Source: an uncultured Gemmatimonadales bacterium (GTDB lineage Bacteria > Gemmatimonadota > Gemmatimonadetes > Gemmatimonadales > Gemmatimonadaceae). From it: 64,000 bases of DNA. The notes below the pieces were generated by a model, which saw only the letters and a program-made list of their open reading frames with translations, was not told the DNA's origin and ran no database searches. Each line of letters starts with the position of its first letter. The stretch's first letter is position 1. Location of the stretch: assembly GCA_963707505.1 (NCBI GenBank), contig CAVPQB010000004.1, forward strand, positions 672,001 to 736,000. Reading direction: 5' to 3'. Both the position numbers and the translations under genes were made by a program. Below, in pieces: positions 41,084 through 51,439 of this stretch.

Positions 41084-41458
41084 ATGCACGCCTTTAGCGA
41101 AACCCAGAAAGAGTGGCTCCGTACCGATGTTCCCCCCTTCCGGGCCGGCGACACGGTGCGCGTGAACGTCCGGGTCAAAGAGGGTGACAAGGAGCGGGTT
41201 CAGGCTTTCGAGGGCGTCTGCATCGCCCGCCGCGGTGCTGGCGTTTCGGCCAGCTTCACGGTTCGGAAGATCTCGAACGGCATTGGTGTAGAGCGCATTT
41301 TCCCGCTCCATTCGCCGATGCTCGCCGATATCGCAGTCGTCCGCCGCGGCCGCGTCCGCCGCGCCAAGCTGTTCTATCTCCGGGCACTGACCGGCAAGGC
41401 CACGCGCATCAAGGAGCGTAAGGCCAAGCCAGCGACCGCACAGGCCGGCAACGCCTGA
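41084..41458 (+). CDS. rplS: 50S ribosomal protein L19
   Basis: [46 protein letters not shown]. Confidence 0.98.
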   Translation: MHAFSETQKEWLRTDVPPFRAGDTVRVNVRVKEGDKERVQAFEGVCIARRGAGVSASFTVRKISNGIGVERIFPLHSPMLADIAVVRRGRVRRAKLFYLRALTGKATRIKERKAKPATAQAGNA

Positions 41459-42075
41459 TGCGGTGGGGCCCTGTGGAGCGTGAACTGCGCTCCGCTGGCG
41501 GGCTCCTTCTGGCTGGAGTTGATGAAGTCGGACGGGGCCCCCTTGCGGGCCCCGTTGTCGCATGTGCGGTCGTCATGGACCCCGATGCCGCGACCATCAA
41601 TGGAGTCGCCGACTCCAAAACGGTGGGCGCCGCAGAGCGTCGCGAGTTGGTGGTGAAGATCCTGGCACGTGCGATCTGTGTCGGATTGGGTGCTGCCTCC
41701 GTTCGTGAGATCGACAGGCTCAATATCTACCACGCGAGCACGCTCGCGATCCGGCGGGCGATCGGGAAGCTTCGCGTCGTACCCAATCACGTGCTGATAG
41801 ACGGCAATCCCATTCGCGCGCTCGAGGTGGAGCATCGCGCGATCGTGGGCGGCGACGCCAGCTGCTACAGCATCGCCTGCGCTTCGATCATCGCCAAGGT
41901 CACCCGCGACAGGCTCATGGTCTCCCTCGCACGACGATATCCAGCGTATCTTTGGGAGCGCAACGTTGGCTACAGCACCAGCGCGCATCTGTCGGCTCTC
42001 AATTCCGTGGGACCGACCGTCCATCACCGCAAGAGCTTCGGTCCAGTCGCACAGTGTCAGTTTCAACTCCGCTAA
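41458..42075 (+). CDS. rnhB: Ribonuclease HII
   Basis: [46 protein letters not shown]. Confidence 0.96.
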   Translation: MRWGPVERELRSAGGLLLAGVDEVGRGPLAGPVVACAVVMDPDAATINGVADSKTVGAAERRELVVKILARAICVGLGAASVREIDRLNIYHASTLAIRRAIGKLRVVPNHVLIDGNPIRALEVEHRAIVGGDASCYSIACASIIAKVTRDRLMVSLARRYPAYLWERNVGYSTSAHLSALNSVGPTVHHRKSFGPVAQCQFQLR

Positions 42076-42557
42076 TCGGCGTCATCATGGGGTCGCAGTC
42101 GGACTGGGAGACGATGTCTCACGCCGCGACGACCCTGGAGCAGCTCAACGTTCCGTTCGAGACGCGTGTGGTGAGCGCTCATCGAACGCCGGATCTGCTG
42201 TTCGAGTACGCGTCGACTGCCGCAGAGAGAGGACTCGAGGTCATCATCGCAGGCGCGGGCGGCGCGGCACACCTTCCCGGAATGTGCGCGTCGAAAACTC
42301 TGCTGCCGGTGCTCGGCGTTCCCGTCGAGTCGAAAGCGTTGCACGGTATGGATTCGCTGTTGTCCATCGTGCAGATGCCGGCGGGGATTCCGGTTGGCGC
42401 GCTCGCGATCGGACGTGCGGGCGCGATCAATGCAGCGTTGCTCGCAACTGCAGTCGTCGCGAACAGGCATCCAGAGTTTCGCGATGCGCTGAGTCGCTTC
42501 CGTTCGGAACAGACGCAGAAGGTGCTGGATTCCCCCGAACCGCGGGGCGCAGCTTGA
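42054..42557 (+). CDS. purE: N5-CAIR mutase
   Basis: [40 protein letters not shown]. Confidence 0.97.
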   Translation: MSVSTPLIGVIMGSQSDWETMSHAATTLEQLNVPFETRVVSAHRTPDLLFEYASTAAERGLEVIIAGAGGAAHLPGMCASKTLLPVLGVPVESKALHGMDSLLSIVQMPAGIPVGALAIGRAGAINAALLATAVVANRHPEFRDALSRFRSEQTQKVLDSPEPRGAA

Positions 42558-42613
42558 TGTACTGGATGGTGCGTCGGTTCCTGCGCTGGCTGGTAGGCTG
42601 GCTGATTCCGTGA
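42557..42613 (+). CDS. Putative 18-aa microprotein [18 protein letters not shown]
   Basis: ATG overlaps the purE stop (TGATG); its TGA overlaps the purK GTG (GTGA). Confidence 0.5.
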   Translation: MYWMVRRFLRWLVGWLIP

Positions 42614-43737
42614 CCGGACCGTCGCAACGCGATGGCATCATCATGCGGGTCGGAATTCTTGGCGCTGGCCAGTTGGGACAGATGCTGGCGCTGGCTGGAA
42701 TCCCGCTGGGGATGCGTTTCGACTTTTTCTCGCCAACGCCAAGCGCGTCCGCGGAAGCTGTCGGCAACGTAATCATCGGCGAGTACGATGATATCGCGGC
42801 GCTGCGCGAGTTTGCGCGAAGTGTCGACGTGGTCACCTACGAGTTCGAGAACGTTTCGTCGGAAGCCGTTGCAGAGATCGAACAGATATGTCCAGTGTGG
42901 CCGCCCCGCGCTGCACTCGTGACATCGCAGGACCGCGGGCTCGAGAAGCAGGAATTCACGCGACTCGGAATCCCGATCGCACCGTACCGACTGATCGACT
43001 CGCTTGCCGATCTGGAAAGCGCCGTCCGCGATGTCGGCGTGCCGGGCATCCTCAAGACGCGCCGGTTCGGATACGATGGCAAGGGCCAGGTGAGGATTGC
43101 CACGCGCGCCGACGCCGAGTCGGCGTGGAACGCACTCGGTCCCGTTCCCTTGATATATGAAGGGTTCGTCCAATTCGAGCGGGAGTTGTCCGTGATCGCA
43201 GTGCGTTCCGCCGATGGGACGACGCTGTGCTATCCTGTCGCCGAGAACCATCATCGGGACGGCATCTTGCGAACGTCGTTCGCACCGGCCGACAAGTTGA
43301 GCGACGCCAAGCGTCATCAGGCCGAGAGCTATGCGCGCGCGTTGTTGACTGCGTTCGGATATGTAGGCGTCTTCGCGATCGAGATGTTCGACACGGCGTC
43401 CGGTCTGGTCGCGAACGAGATGGCGCCGCGGGTGCACAATTCCGGCCACTGGACGATCGAGGGCGCGGAGACGAGTCAGTTCGAGAATCACATACGTGCA
43501 GTGTGCAATCTTCCACTCGGCGACTGCGCTCCTGTGGGGCATTCCGCGATGTTCAATCTGATCGCAGAGCACCCGGATACGGCAGGCGTGCTGGCGATCC
43601 CGGATGCGCATCTTCACCTGTACGGAAAGAGCGAGCGGAGCGGACGCAAGCTGGGGCATGTTACGATCAGATCGCGGACTCGCGAGGACCTGCAGCGGCA
43701 CGTCGCATCTCTGCGTGCGATTCCGCGTATCGTCTAG
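42610..43737 (+). CDS. purK: N5-CAIR synthetase
   Basis: GILGAGQLGQM, TYEFENV, GYDGKGQ, NEMAPRVHNSGHWT, YGK..R.GRKLGH; start may be ATG 42643. Confidence 0.96.
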   Translation: MTGPSQRDGIIMRVGILGAGQLGQMLALAGIPLGMRFDFFSPTPSASAEAVGNVIIGEYDDIAALREFARSVDVVTYEFENVSSEAVAEIEQICPVWPPRAALVTSQDRGLEKQEFTRLGIPIAPYRLIDSLADLESAVRDVGVPGILKTRRFGYDGKGQVRIATRADAESAWNALGPVPLIYEGFVQFERELSVIAVRSADGTTLCYPVAENHHRDGILRTSFAPADKLSDAKRHQAESYARALLTAFGYVGVFAIEMFDTASGLVANEMAPRVHNSGHWTIEGAETSQFENHIRAVCNLPLGDCAPVGHSAMFNLIAEHPDTAGVLAIPDAHLHLYGKSERSGRKLGHVTIRSRTREDLQRHVASLRAIPRIV

Positions 43738-43748
43738 AGGCTGCGCCG

Positions 43749-44399
43749 TTGATCAATCAGTCGACTGTCGCGTTCACGACGCTCGCGTTCACATCGCTTC
43801 TCGCGATCGTGAATCCACTGAGCGCCGTTCCACTTTACGTTACCGCGACTGCCGACCTCGACGACAAGCAACGCGCGTCCACTCTGAGACTCGCCGTAGC
43901 GACTGGAATCATCGCGCTGGTCGCGTTCGGACTGGCGGGCACTTACATACTGCGGTTCTTCGGAATAACCACGTACGCGTTCCGCATCGCCGGAGGAATC
44001 ATCTTCCTCGGAATCGGCAGCGACATGCTCAAGGCGCGACGATCGCGCGATCGAACCAGCCGCGGTGAGCAGGAGGCCGCCGAGCAGAAGGCGGAGGTCG
44101 GGATCATTCCGCTGGGAATACCGACGCTGGCGGGGCCGGGCTCCATCACGACTGTGATCACGCTCACGGCACAGGCCGACACGCGCATTGAGCTGGTGGG
44201 TTTGTACGGCGCGATCGTTGCGGTGATGGTACTGTCGTGGATGGTGTTGGCTGTGGCGCCATTCATCGTTCAACGAGTCGGGCGTACCGGAATGAATGTG
44301 ATGACGCGGTTGATGGGTCTCCTTATCATGGTAATTGGTGTGCAGTTCATCATCGAGGGTGTCCGGACCGTTGCGCTCGACATCCTGCGTCACGCGTGA
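43749..44399 (+). CDS. MarC-family membrane protein
   Basis: IVNPL, FRIAGGII, IIPLGIP.LAGPG, TRLMGL. Confidence 0.9.
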   Translation: MINQSTVAFTTLAFTSLLAIVNPLSAVPLYVTATADLDDKQRASTLRLAVATGIIALVAFGLAGTYILRFFGITTYAFRIAGGIIFLGIGSDMLKARRSRDRTSRGEQEAAEQKAEVGIIPLGIPTLAGPGSITTVITLTAQADTRIELVGLYGAIVAVMVLSWMVLAVAPFIVQRVGRTGMNVMTRLMGLLIMVIGVQFIIEGVRTVALDILRHA

Positions 44400-47300
44400 C
44401 CGACGACTATCTGGAAGACGAGGAGCCTTCCGGGCCCGTATTTCTAGATAGAACCGGGCGCCGCTGGCCGCGCGTGCGTCGCTTTGCGACAGTGATTGGC
44501 GTCGTGACCACGCTGCTGTTGCTGTCTCTTGCAGGTATCATGGTTCTCGCGCCGCCTGCGCTACCGGCGTTTCGTCCTGCCACGACAACCGTTACGCCGC
44601 GCTTCGTCGGTGCGCGGGAGAACAGACGCCGTCGCACCAAACGCAGCGAGCTCTACGCCGCGCTTCAGGTTCAGAAGACGGCTCGTTCCATCCGCAAGGC
44701 GGCTGCCGCGATCGAGCGTGAGTTGGCTGGGGTGCCGAGCGCGCGTCAGATACGGGCCGGCTTCTACGTATGGTGGGCCGACAACTCGTTTGCGTCTTTT
44801 CAGCGCAACTATGATGATCTCGACTGGATAATCTCCGAGTGGGGTTATCTGTCGGCTGCTGGCGACAGCGTCGATCTCAGCATGATTCAGAAGGACACCA
44901 GCTTCTTCGGGATGTACGACTCGATTCCATCGCCGCCGAAGGTGCTGCTCCTCGTCAACAACGTCGATCGCAAGACGCAGTTGTTCAGCTCGGCGGGAGT
45001 TACAGCGATGCTGGCAACGCCGGTCGCGCGGAGCAAGGTGGAGAATCAGATCGTCGGCGCAGTTCTGCACTACAAGTTCGCCGGCGTGACGATCGACTTC
45101 GAGAATGTGCCGCCGAGCGCCACCGCCAATCTGGTGCTGTTCCAGAGCGAGCTCGGCGCGATGCTGCACGCGCACAAGTTGTTGCTCACGCAGACGGTCG
45201 GTGTCAACACCGGCCCGCGCGATCTGAAGGCTTTCTCTGCCGTCAACGACTATCTCTTTCTGATGCTCTACGACGAGCATTATGGAAAGGGTGACCCCGG
45301 GCCAGTTGCGAGCCAGCAGTGGTACGTCGATCGGGCGCGCGAGATGTTGCGAAGCGTGCCGGCGACGAAAGCGATATTCGCGCTTGGCGCCTACGGCTAC
45401 GACTGGAACGATGCTGGGCCGGCGAATTCCGGTGAGTCGTACACGTTTCAGGAAGTGCTGGCCAAGGGACGCGACAATCCGGGCAGCTCACACATGGGCT
45501 TCGACCGGGAAGCGCTCAATCCCTACATGACGTGGACCGACCCCGATTCCACCGACCATCTCGTGTGGTATCTCGATGGTGCGAGTGCATACAATCAGGT
45601 GCGCGCGGAGCGCGCGCTGGGCGGAGCGGGTTACGCTGTCTGGCGGCTTGGCGCGGAAGACCCAGCGCTATGGAAGGCGGTCGCTGAAGATCGCGTTGCC
45701 GACGCCGCCAGTGTGTTGGCGGACATTCCGGCTGGCTACGAGACCGAGTTCATTGGCGACGGCGAGATACTTCAGATCGTTGCATCACCGCGCACTGGAC
45801 GGCGCATATTGACGCCCGATACCGCGCGCGGGGTGATCACCAACGAGCGGATCGTCGCCTACCCGTCGCCGTACATCGTTCGAAAGTACGGGAAGTCGGA
45901 GCACGAGGTCGCACTGACTTTCGACGATGGCCCCGATGGTACATGGACGCCGCCGATTCTCGATACGCTCAAGTCGCGGCATGTGGTCGGAACGTTCTTC
46001 GTGATCGGGCGAAACGTCGAGGCGCACATCCCGTTGATGCGACGGATAGTTCGCGAAGGGCATCTGTTCGGCAATCATACATTCACGCATCCCAATCTCG
46101 CGCTGACGTCCGATTTCGTCACCAAGCTCGAGATAGACGCGAACCAGCGATTGCTCGAAGCGATTCTGGATCGTCGCTCGTTCTTCTTCCGGCCGCCCTA
46201 TTTCGGTGACGCCGAGCCCACGACGACCGACGAGCTGGTTCCGGTGGACATCGCAAGCAAGCGCGGCTACGTGACGGTTGGTCTGCACATCGACGCTGAA
46301 GACTGGGAGCCGATATCGGCGAATCAGATCGTCAAGAACGTCATGGATCAGCGCTATTACGGCGGCGTCGTAACCGCTGGCGGACTGCGTGCGGGTGGCA
46401 ACGTGATACTGCTGCACGATGGCGGCGGCAATCGCGCTCAGACGGTAAAGGCGCTCGGTCCGATCATTGATTCGCTGCGCGCGCATGGGGATACCGTTGT
46501 TCCACTCTCACAACTCGCCGGAATCTCGGAGCAGGAGGCGATTCCGGGACTTCCGCCTCGTAGCGCAGTGACGCGCGGGATCGAGCTCGCGACGTTCTCA
46601 TTCGTCAGCGGGCTCGAATGGACACTGTACTGGCTGTTCTTCATTGCCGTGGTGGTTGGCGCGATACGACTGGTCGTCATCATCGTGCTTGCGACATACC
46701 AGCGGTATCACTCGCGCAAGCCGACTCCGAATTACACACCGTCGGTGACGATCATCGTTCCTGCGTACAATGAAGAGCGCGTCATTGTATCGACCGTGAG
46801 GAGCCTGCTGAACCAGGAGTATGGCGGCGAGCTCAACATTCTGATAGTTGACGACGGATCCCCGGACGAGACGTTCAACGTCGCGCAGCGCGAGTTTGGC
46901 GATGATCCACGCGTTGTCGTATTGCGCAAGGAAAACGGTGGCAAGGCGAGTGCACTGAACTTCGGAATTGCGCGCGCTCGCGGAGAGATCATCGTATGCC
47001 TCGATGCTGACACTCAATTCACGCCGACCACGGTTGAGCGACTTGTCGCACCAATGAGCGATCATAAGGTCGGAGCAGTTGCCGGAAATGCGAAGGTTGG
47101 CAACCGGCACAACATGGTCACGCGTTGGCAGGCGCTGGAGTACGTCACGAGCCAGAATCTGGAGCGGCGCGCGTTCGCGGTCCTGAACGCGATAACCATA
47201 GTTCCTGGTGCCGTGGGGGCGTGGCGCAAGTCGTACGTGCAGGCGGTCGGCGGGTTCAGCGATGACACGCTCGCGGAGGACCAGGATCTGACCTGGGCGC

Positions 47301-47938
47301 TGGGCGAGGAAGGGGTGCGAGTCACGTACGCTGATGACGCAATCGCATACACGGAGGCACCCGACACTCTCAAGACGCTGATTCGCCAGCGATTCAGATG
47401 GTCATTCGGAACGCTTCAGTCGGTTTGGAAGCACAAGAAGATCACCTTCCGGCCAAAATACGGCGCGCTCGGAATGATCGCGATGCCAAACGTCTGGATC
47501 TTTCAGCTGTTCTACACCGCGATATCGCCGCTCGCTGACATTCTGTTCGCCTGGAGTCTGTTCTCGGTCCTGATTGCACGATATCAGCATGGTGACCGAT
47601 ATGCGTTGAGCAATCTCGAAGACGTACTGAAGTTGTACGTCATATTTCTTATCGTTGACTGGCTTGCGGCCGTCGTTGCGTTCCTCATGGAGCCTGGTGA
47701 GGAAAAGGCGCTCACGTGGCTGGTGCTGATTCAACGCTTCGTGTTCCGGCAGACGATGTATTGGGTCGTGGTGAAGTCGATCGCGGCGGCACTGCGCGGG
47801 CATGTCGTGGGTTGGGGCAAACTGGAGCGCAAGGGAATGAATCTCCTACCGACCACGGCGAACGCATCGGGTCATGCACCGACTCTACCACCGGCCCAGC
47901 CACCGGCGCAGCCTGCTCCACCCGGTCCAGTCGCGTGA
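44396..47938 (+). CDS. Multidomain GH18-like + CE4 polysaccharide deacetylase + GT2 synthase
   Basis: GVTIDFE (GH18-like); TFDDGP, HTFTH, RPPY, LLHDG (NodB/CE4); VPAYNE, DDGS, DAD, TLAED, QRFRW (processive GT2); C-terminal TM helices. Confidence 0.9.
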   Translation: MTDDYLEDEEPSGPVFLDRTGRRWPRVRRFATVIGVVTTLLLLSLAGIMVLAPPALPAFRPATTTVTPRFVGARENRRRRTKRSELYAALQVQKTARSIRKAAAAIERELAGVPSARQIRAGFYVWWADNSFASFQRNYDDLDWIISEWGYLSAAGDSVDLSMIQKDTSFFGMYDSIPSPPKVLLLVNNVDRKTQLFSSAGVTAMLATPVARSKVENQIVGAVLHYKFAGVTIDFENVPPSATANLVLFQSELGAMLHAHKLLLTQTVGVNTGPRDLKAFSAVNDYLFLMLYDEHYGKGDPGPVASQQWYVDRAREMLRSVPATKAIFALGAYGYDWNDAGPANSGESYTFQEVLAKGRDNPGSSHMGFDREALNPYMTWTDPDSTDHLVWYLDGASAYNQVRAERALGGAGYAVWRLGAEDPALWKAVAEDRVADAASVLADIPAGYETEFIGDGEILQIVASPRTGRRILTPDTARGVITNERIVAYPSPYIVRKYGKSEHEVALTFDDGPDGTWTPPILDTLKSRHVVGTFFVIGRNVEAHIPLMRRIVREGHLFGNHTFTHPNLALTSDFVTKLEIDANQRLLEAILDRRSFFFRPPYFGDAEPTTTDELVPVDIASKRGYVTVGLHIDAEDWEPISANQIVKNVMDQRYYGGVVTAGGLRAGGNVILLHDGGGNRAQTVKALGPIIDSLRAHGDTVVPLSQLAGISEQEAIPGLPPRSAVTRGIELATFSFVSGLEWTLYWLFFIAVVVGAIRLVVIIVLATYQRYHSRKPTPNYTPSVTIIVPAYNEERVIVSTVRSLLNQEYGGELNILIVDDGSPDETFNVAQREFGDDPRVVVLRKENGGKASALNFGIARARGEIIVCLDADTQFTPTTVERLVAPMSDHKVGAVAGNAKVGNRHNMVTRWQALEYVTSQNLERRAFAVLNAITIVPGAVGAWRKSYVQAVGGFSDDTLAEDQDLTWALGEEGVRVTYADDAIAYTEAPDTLKTLIRQRFRWSFGTLQSVWKHKKITFRPKYGALGMIAMPNVWIFQLFYTAISPLADILFAWSLFSVLIARYQHGDRYALSNLEDVLKLYVIFLIVDWLAAVVAFLMEPGEEKALTWLVLIQRFVFRQTMYWVVVKSIAAALRGHVVGWGKLERKGMNLLPTTANASGHAPTLPPAQPPAQPAPPGPVA

Positions 47939-48003
47939 AGCAGCGCGATGTGCTCGAGTGCATGCAGGGGATCTCGGGCTGTCACGTGCCCTGAGCGCAC
48001 GCT

Positions 48004-48200
48004 GGATACAGGATACAAAAGCGGAAGTCATCGTCGAACCATTTGTTCAGCTATCGCGAGATCTCGGTCACAACGTCGACGGGATCGTTCTCGCGCCGGC
48101 CATCTCTCGCGACCTTGCATGCGCCATGGACGGAGATCTACGTGTGGCGAGCACGGTTGGCCGCGGCTTCGGCTTCACGCTTCCGCTTCCTCGCGCGTAG
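48004..48200 (+). pseudogene. Degenerate C-terminal fragment of a histidine kinase ATPase domain
   Basis: AEVIVEPFVQL...DGIVLAPAISRDLACAMDGDLRVASTVGRGFGFTLPLPRA* matches the F-box/G2-box layout (IFEPF..GxGLGLAIS..L...MGG.L.V.S..G.G..F.L.LP) with the G2 glycines lost. Confidence 0.6.
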
Positions 48201-48334
48201 CATGTGTGTAGGGTATTGACGCTGGGCCGTTAACGCGGGTCTGGGGTATTCGTCTCAGAGTTCGACAAGCTGCGCAACCATTTTCGGTTCGGCGTCGTCT
48301 AATCGGAAACCACCTCGATCAAAGACAGCAACCA

Positions 48335-49744
48335 GTGACCTCCTCAATACCGGAAATCATGCGCGCCGAGCTTGGCGACGCGTATGTCATCGAGCGAGAG
48401 CTCGACGGAGGAATGTCATGCGTCTTTGTTGCCGAGGACCGTGAGCTGGCTCGGCGCGTCGTGATCAAGGTACTGCACCCGCATCTCGCCGCGTCTGTTT
48501 CGGTCGAGCGGTTCAGGCGGGAGATCCTCACGGTTGCAGGCCTCCAGCACCCGCACATAGTCGGCGTTCTCCGCACAGGTACCGCGGCTGGCCTGCCGTA
48601 TTTCATAATGCCGTACGTCGATGGTGAATCGCTGGCCAAGCGCATCACCGCGGGTCCAATGGCCGTGCGCGACGCCGTTGCGATTCTCAAGGATGTGGCT
48701 CGCGCGCTCGCTTTCGCCCACGAGCGCGGAGTGGTGCATCGCGACATCAAGCCGGGAAACATCCTTCTGGCCGGTGGCTCGGCGATGGTCACGGACTTTG
48801 GCGTCGCCAAGGCGCTGTCGTCCGCGCGCCGCACCGGCCCGGACGCGGCTGGACGTGGCTTGACGACCGACGGCGCGTCGATCGGCACGCTCCTCTACAT
48901 GGCGCCTGAGCAGGCCGCCGCCGATCCGGACATAGACGGGCGTGCTGACATCTACTCGCTCGGGGTCACTGCATATGAGATGTTGACGGGCTCGCCACCA
49001 TTCGCGGGTCTATCTGCACGCGCAATGCTGGCGGCGCGGATGAGTACGCTGCCTCCGGCGATCTCAACGGTGCGCTCCGATGTTCCGGCGGAGCTGAACG
49101 ATCTGATCATGCAGTGTCTCGCGACCGATCCAGCCGATCGGACAGCGAGTGCGCAGGATCTCGTCGATGCGCTCGAGCAGCCGGGCGTGGTCAGTGGAGA
49201 GTTTCTCAAGGCTGCACATCCCCGAATGCGCCGGCGCGGACTGGCGGGAATTGCGGCGGGCCTCGCGCTCGTCGCCATTGTTGGCGCAGGCGTCGCCACC
49301 AGCCGCAGCCATGCAGGCGGCGGTGCGAGCCTGCGCGCGGCTGCACTGGTCACGCCACTGGGTGAGATCGCCGTCGTCCCATTCGTCGACCTCGGCTCGG
49401 ATGCGGCTGATTCGAGCGTGGCCATCGGTATAACGAACGCCGTTGCCGACAACCTCACGAAGTCTGCGCATCTCAAGGTGATCTCACCGACTGCCTCCGC
49501 CGCGCTCGTCCGCGACATACGAGCTGGTACCACTTCGGTCAGCAAGACGCCCCCCAAGCTGCTGCTCGAGGGCACCGTGCAGCGTGAAGGATCCAAGCTG
49601 CGGGTCACTGCACGCCTGAGTAACGCGTCGGATGGCGTGATGCGCTGGGCCGATGTGTACGATCGAGATGGTCGCGATCTCTTCAAGGTGACTGACGACA
49701 TCGCTGCAGCAATCGTTGCCTCGATCAAGCACCCGTCCGCGTAG
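48335..49744 (+). CDS. Membrane Ser/Thr protein kinase with TolB-N-like C-terminal domain
   Basis: VVIK, HRDIKPGN, DFG, YMAPE, DGRADIYSLG; TM helix; IAVVPFVD...LEGTVQREGSKLRVTARL. Confidence 0.88.
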   Translation: MTSSIPEIMRAELGDAYVIERELDGGMSCVFVAEDRELARRVVIKVLHPHLAASVSVERFRREILTVAGLQHPHIVGVLRTGTAAGLPYFIMPYVDGESLAKRITAGPMAVRDAVAILKDVARALAFAHERGVVHRDIKPGNILLAGGSAMVTDFGVAKALSSARRTGPDAAGRGLTTDGASIGTLLYMAPEQAAADPDIDGRADIYSLGVTAYEMLTGSPPFAGLSARAMLAARMSTLPPAISTVRSDVPAELNDLIMQCLATDPADRTASAQDLVDALEQPGVVSGEFLKAAHPRMRRRGLAGIAAGLALVAIVGAGVATSRSHAGGGASLRAAALVTPLGEIAVVPFVDLGSDAADSSVAIGITNAVADNLTKSAHLKVISPTASAALVRDIRAGTTSVSKTPPKLLLEGTVQREGSKLRVTARLSNASDGVMRWADVYDRDGRDLFKVTDDIAAAIVASIKHPSA

Positions 49745-49945
49745 CGCGTCTTCCTTGCGCTCCACCGCGCGGAAGTTAAGGATCAAAAAATGTTGATGAA
49801 TTCTTAGCGTCGGTTATCGAAGAACTCCGACTCACTGGCGTGCGCGCTGCCACAGCGACGTTTGCGAGCTGGCGGTGTACGCTTTCTTACCGAATTTGTC
49901 GTGCTTCCGTTACAGCGAGTGACGCTGTTCAAACGTACCGATTCG

Positions 49946-51439
49946 ATGCCTCTTCCAAACCGATTGCGAACCTGCGCTGCCTTTATCGCAACCCTCTGCC
50001 TCGGCGCTTGCACATATGGGCCGCCGAGTGTGAATGGCGTTCCTGGGGCGCCAGCCTCACCGAGTACCACCTGGACGCGACCCAGCCACGGCCTTGCCAC
50101 TGAACCAGCGCAGACAGTTTCTGCACTTCCTCCCGACGTTCTCGAGCGAGCGAGCCAGCTCACCCTCGGCGATGTAATCGATGTTGCGTTGCGTAACAAT
50201 CCCGTGACGCGGGTGTCCTGGGCACAGGCGCGAGCGGCCGCCGCGGAGTATGGATCGACGCGTGGTTCGTTTCTCCCGACAATTACGGGATCCGCGACTG
50301 TGTCCAGAACCAAATCGGTCCCCCCAAACGGCGGGGAGCCGATCGAGCGCACGCAGGTCAATCCTGCGCTCACGTTGAGTTATCTGCTGCTCGACTTCGG
50401 TGGGCGCAGCGGCACCATCGACGAAGCGCGGCAGAATCTCTTCGCTGCCGATCTCACGCATAACGCCACGCTCCAGAACGTGGTGTTGCAGGTCGAGACG
50501 GCATACTTCACATACATGGCGAACAGTGCATTGCTGCGCGCCGAGCGTTCGGCGATCGCTGAAGCGCAGGCGAATCTGTCGTCGGCGCAACAGCGAGACA
50601 GCGTCGGCCTCGCGACAATTGCCGACGTGCTTCAGGCGCGGACTGCGCTATCGCAGGAACAGCTCAATCTCGAATCGATACAGGGTAGCCTTCAAACGGC
50701 GCGCGGGAATCTCGCGGCCGCGATGGGTATTCCAGCGAACGTGTCGTACGATCTCGGGCCATTGTCTGGCGCCGTTCCCGTACGCGCGGTGTCGGTGACT
50801 GTGGATAGTCTCATAGCTGACGCGCTTGCGCGGCGGCCCGACCTCGCCGCTGCTCGTGCGCAGGCCGCAGCGGCGCTGGCAGACGTCAGAGTTGTCAAAT
50901 CCGCGGCGTTGCCAGCGCTCACATTTGGAAGTACTGCCGGCAGGACCTACGCCGACCCGAGCAAATATGGCGGTGGCTCGTACGGACTCACCCTCGGTGT
51001 GTCGGTACCCATCTTCAGCGGCTTTTCGCAGCAGTACAACATCGTCGCTGCACGTGCGCGTGCTGACGCGGCGACGGCGCAGGCCGACATTCTGCGACAG
51101 GAAGTGACGACGCAGGTCTTCACGTCGTATTACGGACTCCAGACAGCAGGGCAGAGAGTTATAACCGCGGACGCGCTGCTCGCGAGTGCAGAACAGTCCG
51201 AGCAGGTTGCGGCGGGACGATATCGTGAGGGAGTCGGGAGCATCATCGACTTGCTAACGGCGCAGTCCGCCCTGGCCAACGCCCGCGCGCAGCAGGTTCA
51301 GTCGCGCTGGCAGTGGTACACAGCGCTGGCACAACTCGCGCACGATGCCGGAGTGCTCGGTACACGTGGCGAAACGCCGTTCCCATTCGTGCCGAGCCCC
51401 GACACGACTCCCACGTTGCAGACCGCACCGCATCCATGA
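49946..51439 (+). CDS. TolC-family outer-membrane efflux lipoprotein
   Basis: Lipobox LGAC, ALRNNP, LLDFGGR, RRPDL, RYREGVGSIIDLL. Confidence 0.88.
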   Translation: MPLPNRLRTCAAFIATLCLGACTYGPPSVNGVPGAPASPSTTWTRPSHGLATEPAQTVSALPPDVLERASQLTLGDVIDVALRNNPVTRVSWAQARAAAAEYGSTRGSFLPTITGSATVSRTKSVPPNGGEPIERTQVNPALTLSYLLLDFGGRSGTIDEARQNLFAADLTHNATLQNVVLQVETAYFTYMANSALLRAERSAIAEAQANLSSAQQRDSVGLATIADVLQARTALSQEQLNLESIQGSLQTARGNLAAAMGIPANVSYDLGPLSGAVPVRAVSVTVDSLIADALARRPDLAAARAQAAAALADVRVVKSAALPALTFGSTAGRTYADPSKYGGGSYGLTLGVSVPIFSGFSQQYNIVAARARADAATAQADILRQEVTTQVFTSYYGLQTAGQRVITADALLASAEQSEQVAAGRYREGVGSIIDLLTAQSALANARAQQVQSRWQWYTALAQLAHDAGVLGTRGETPFPFVPSPDTTPTLQTAPHP

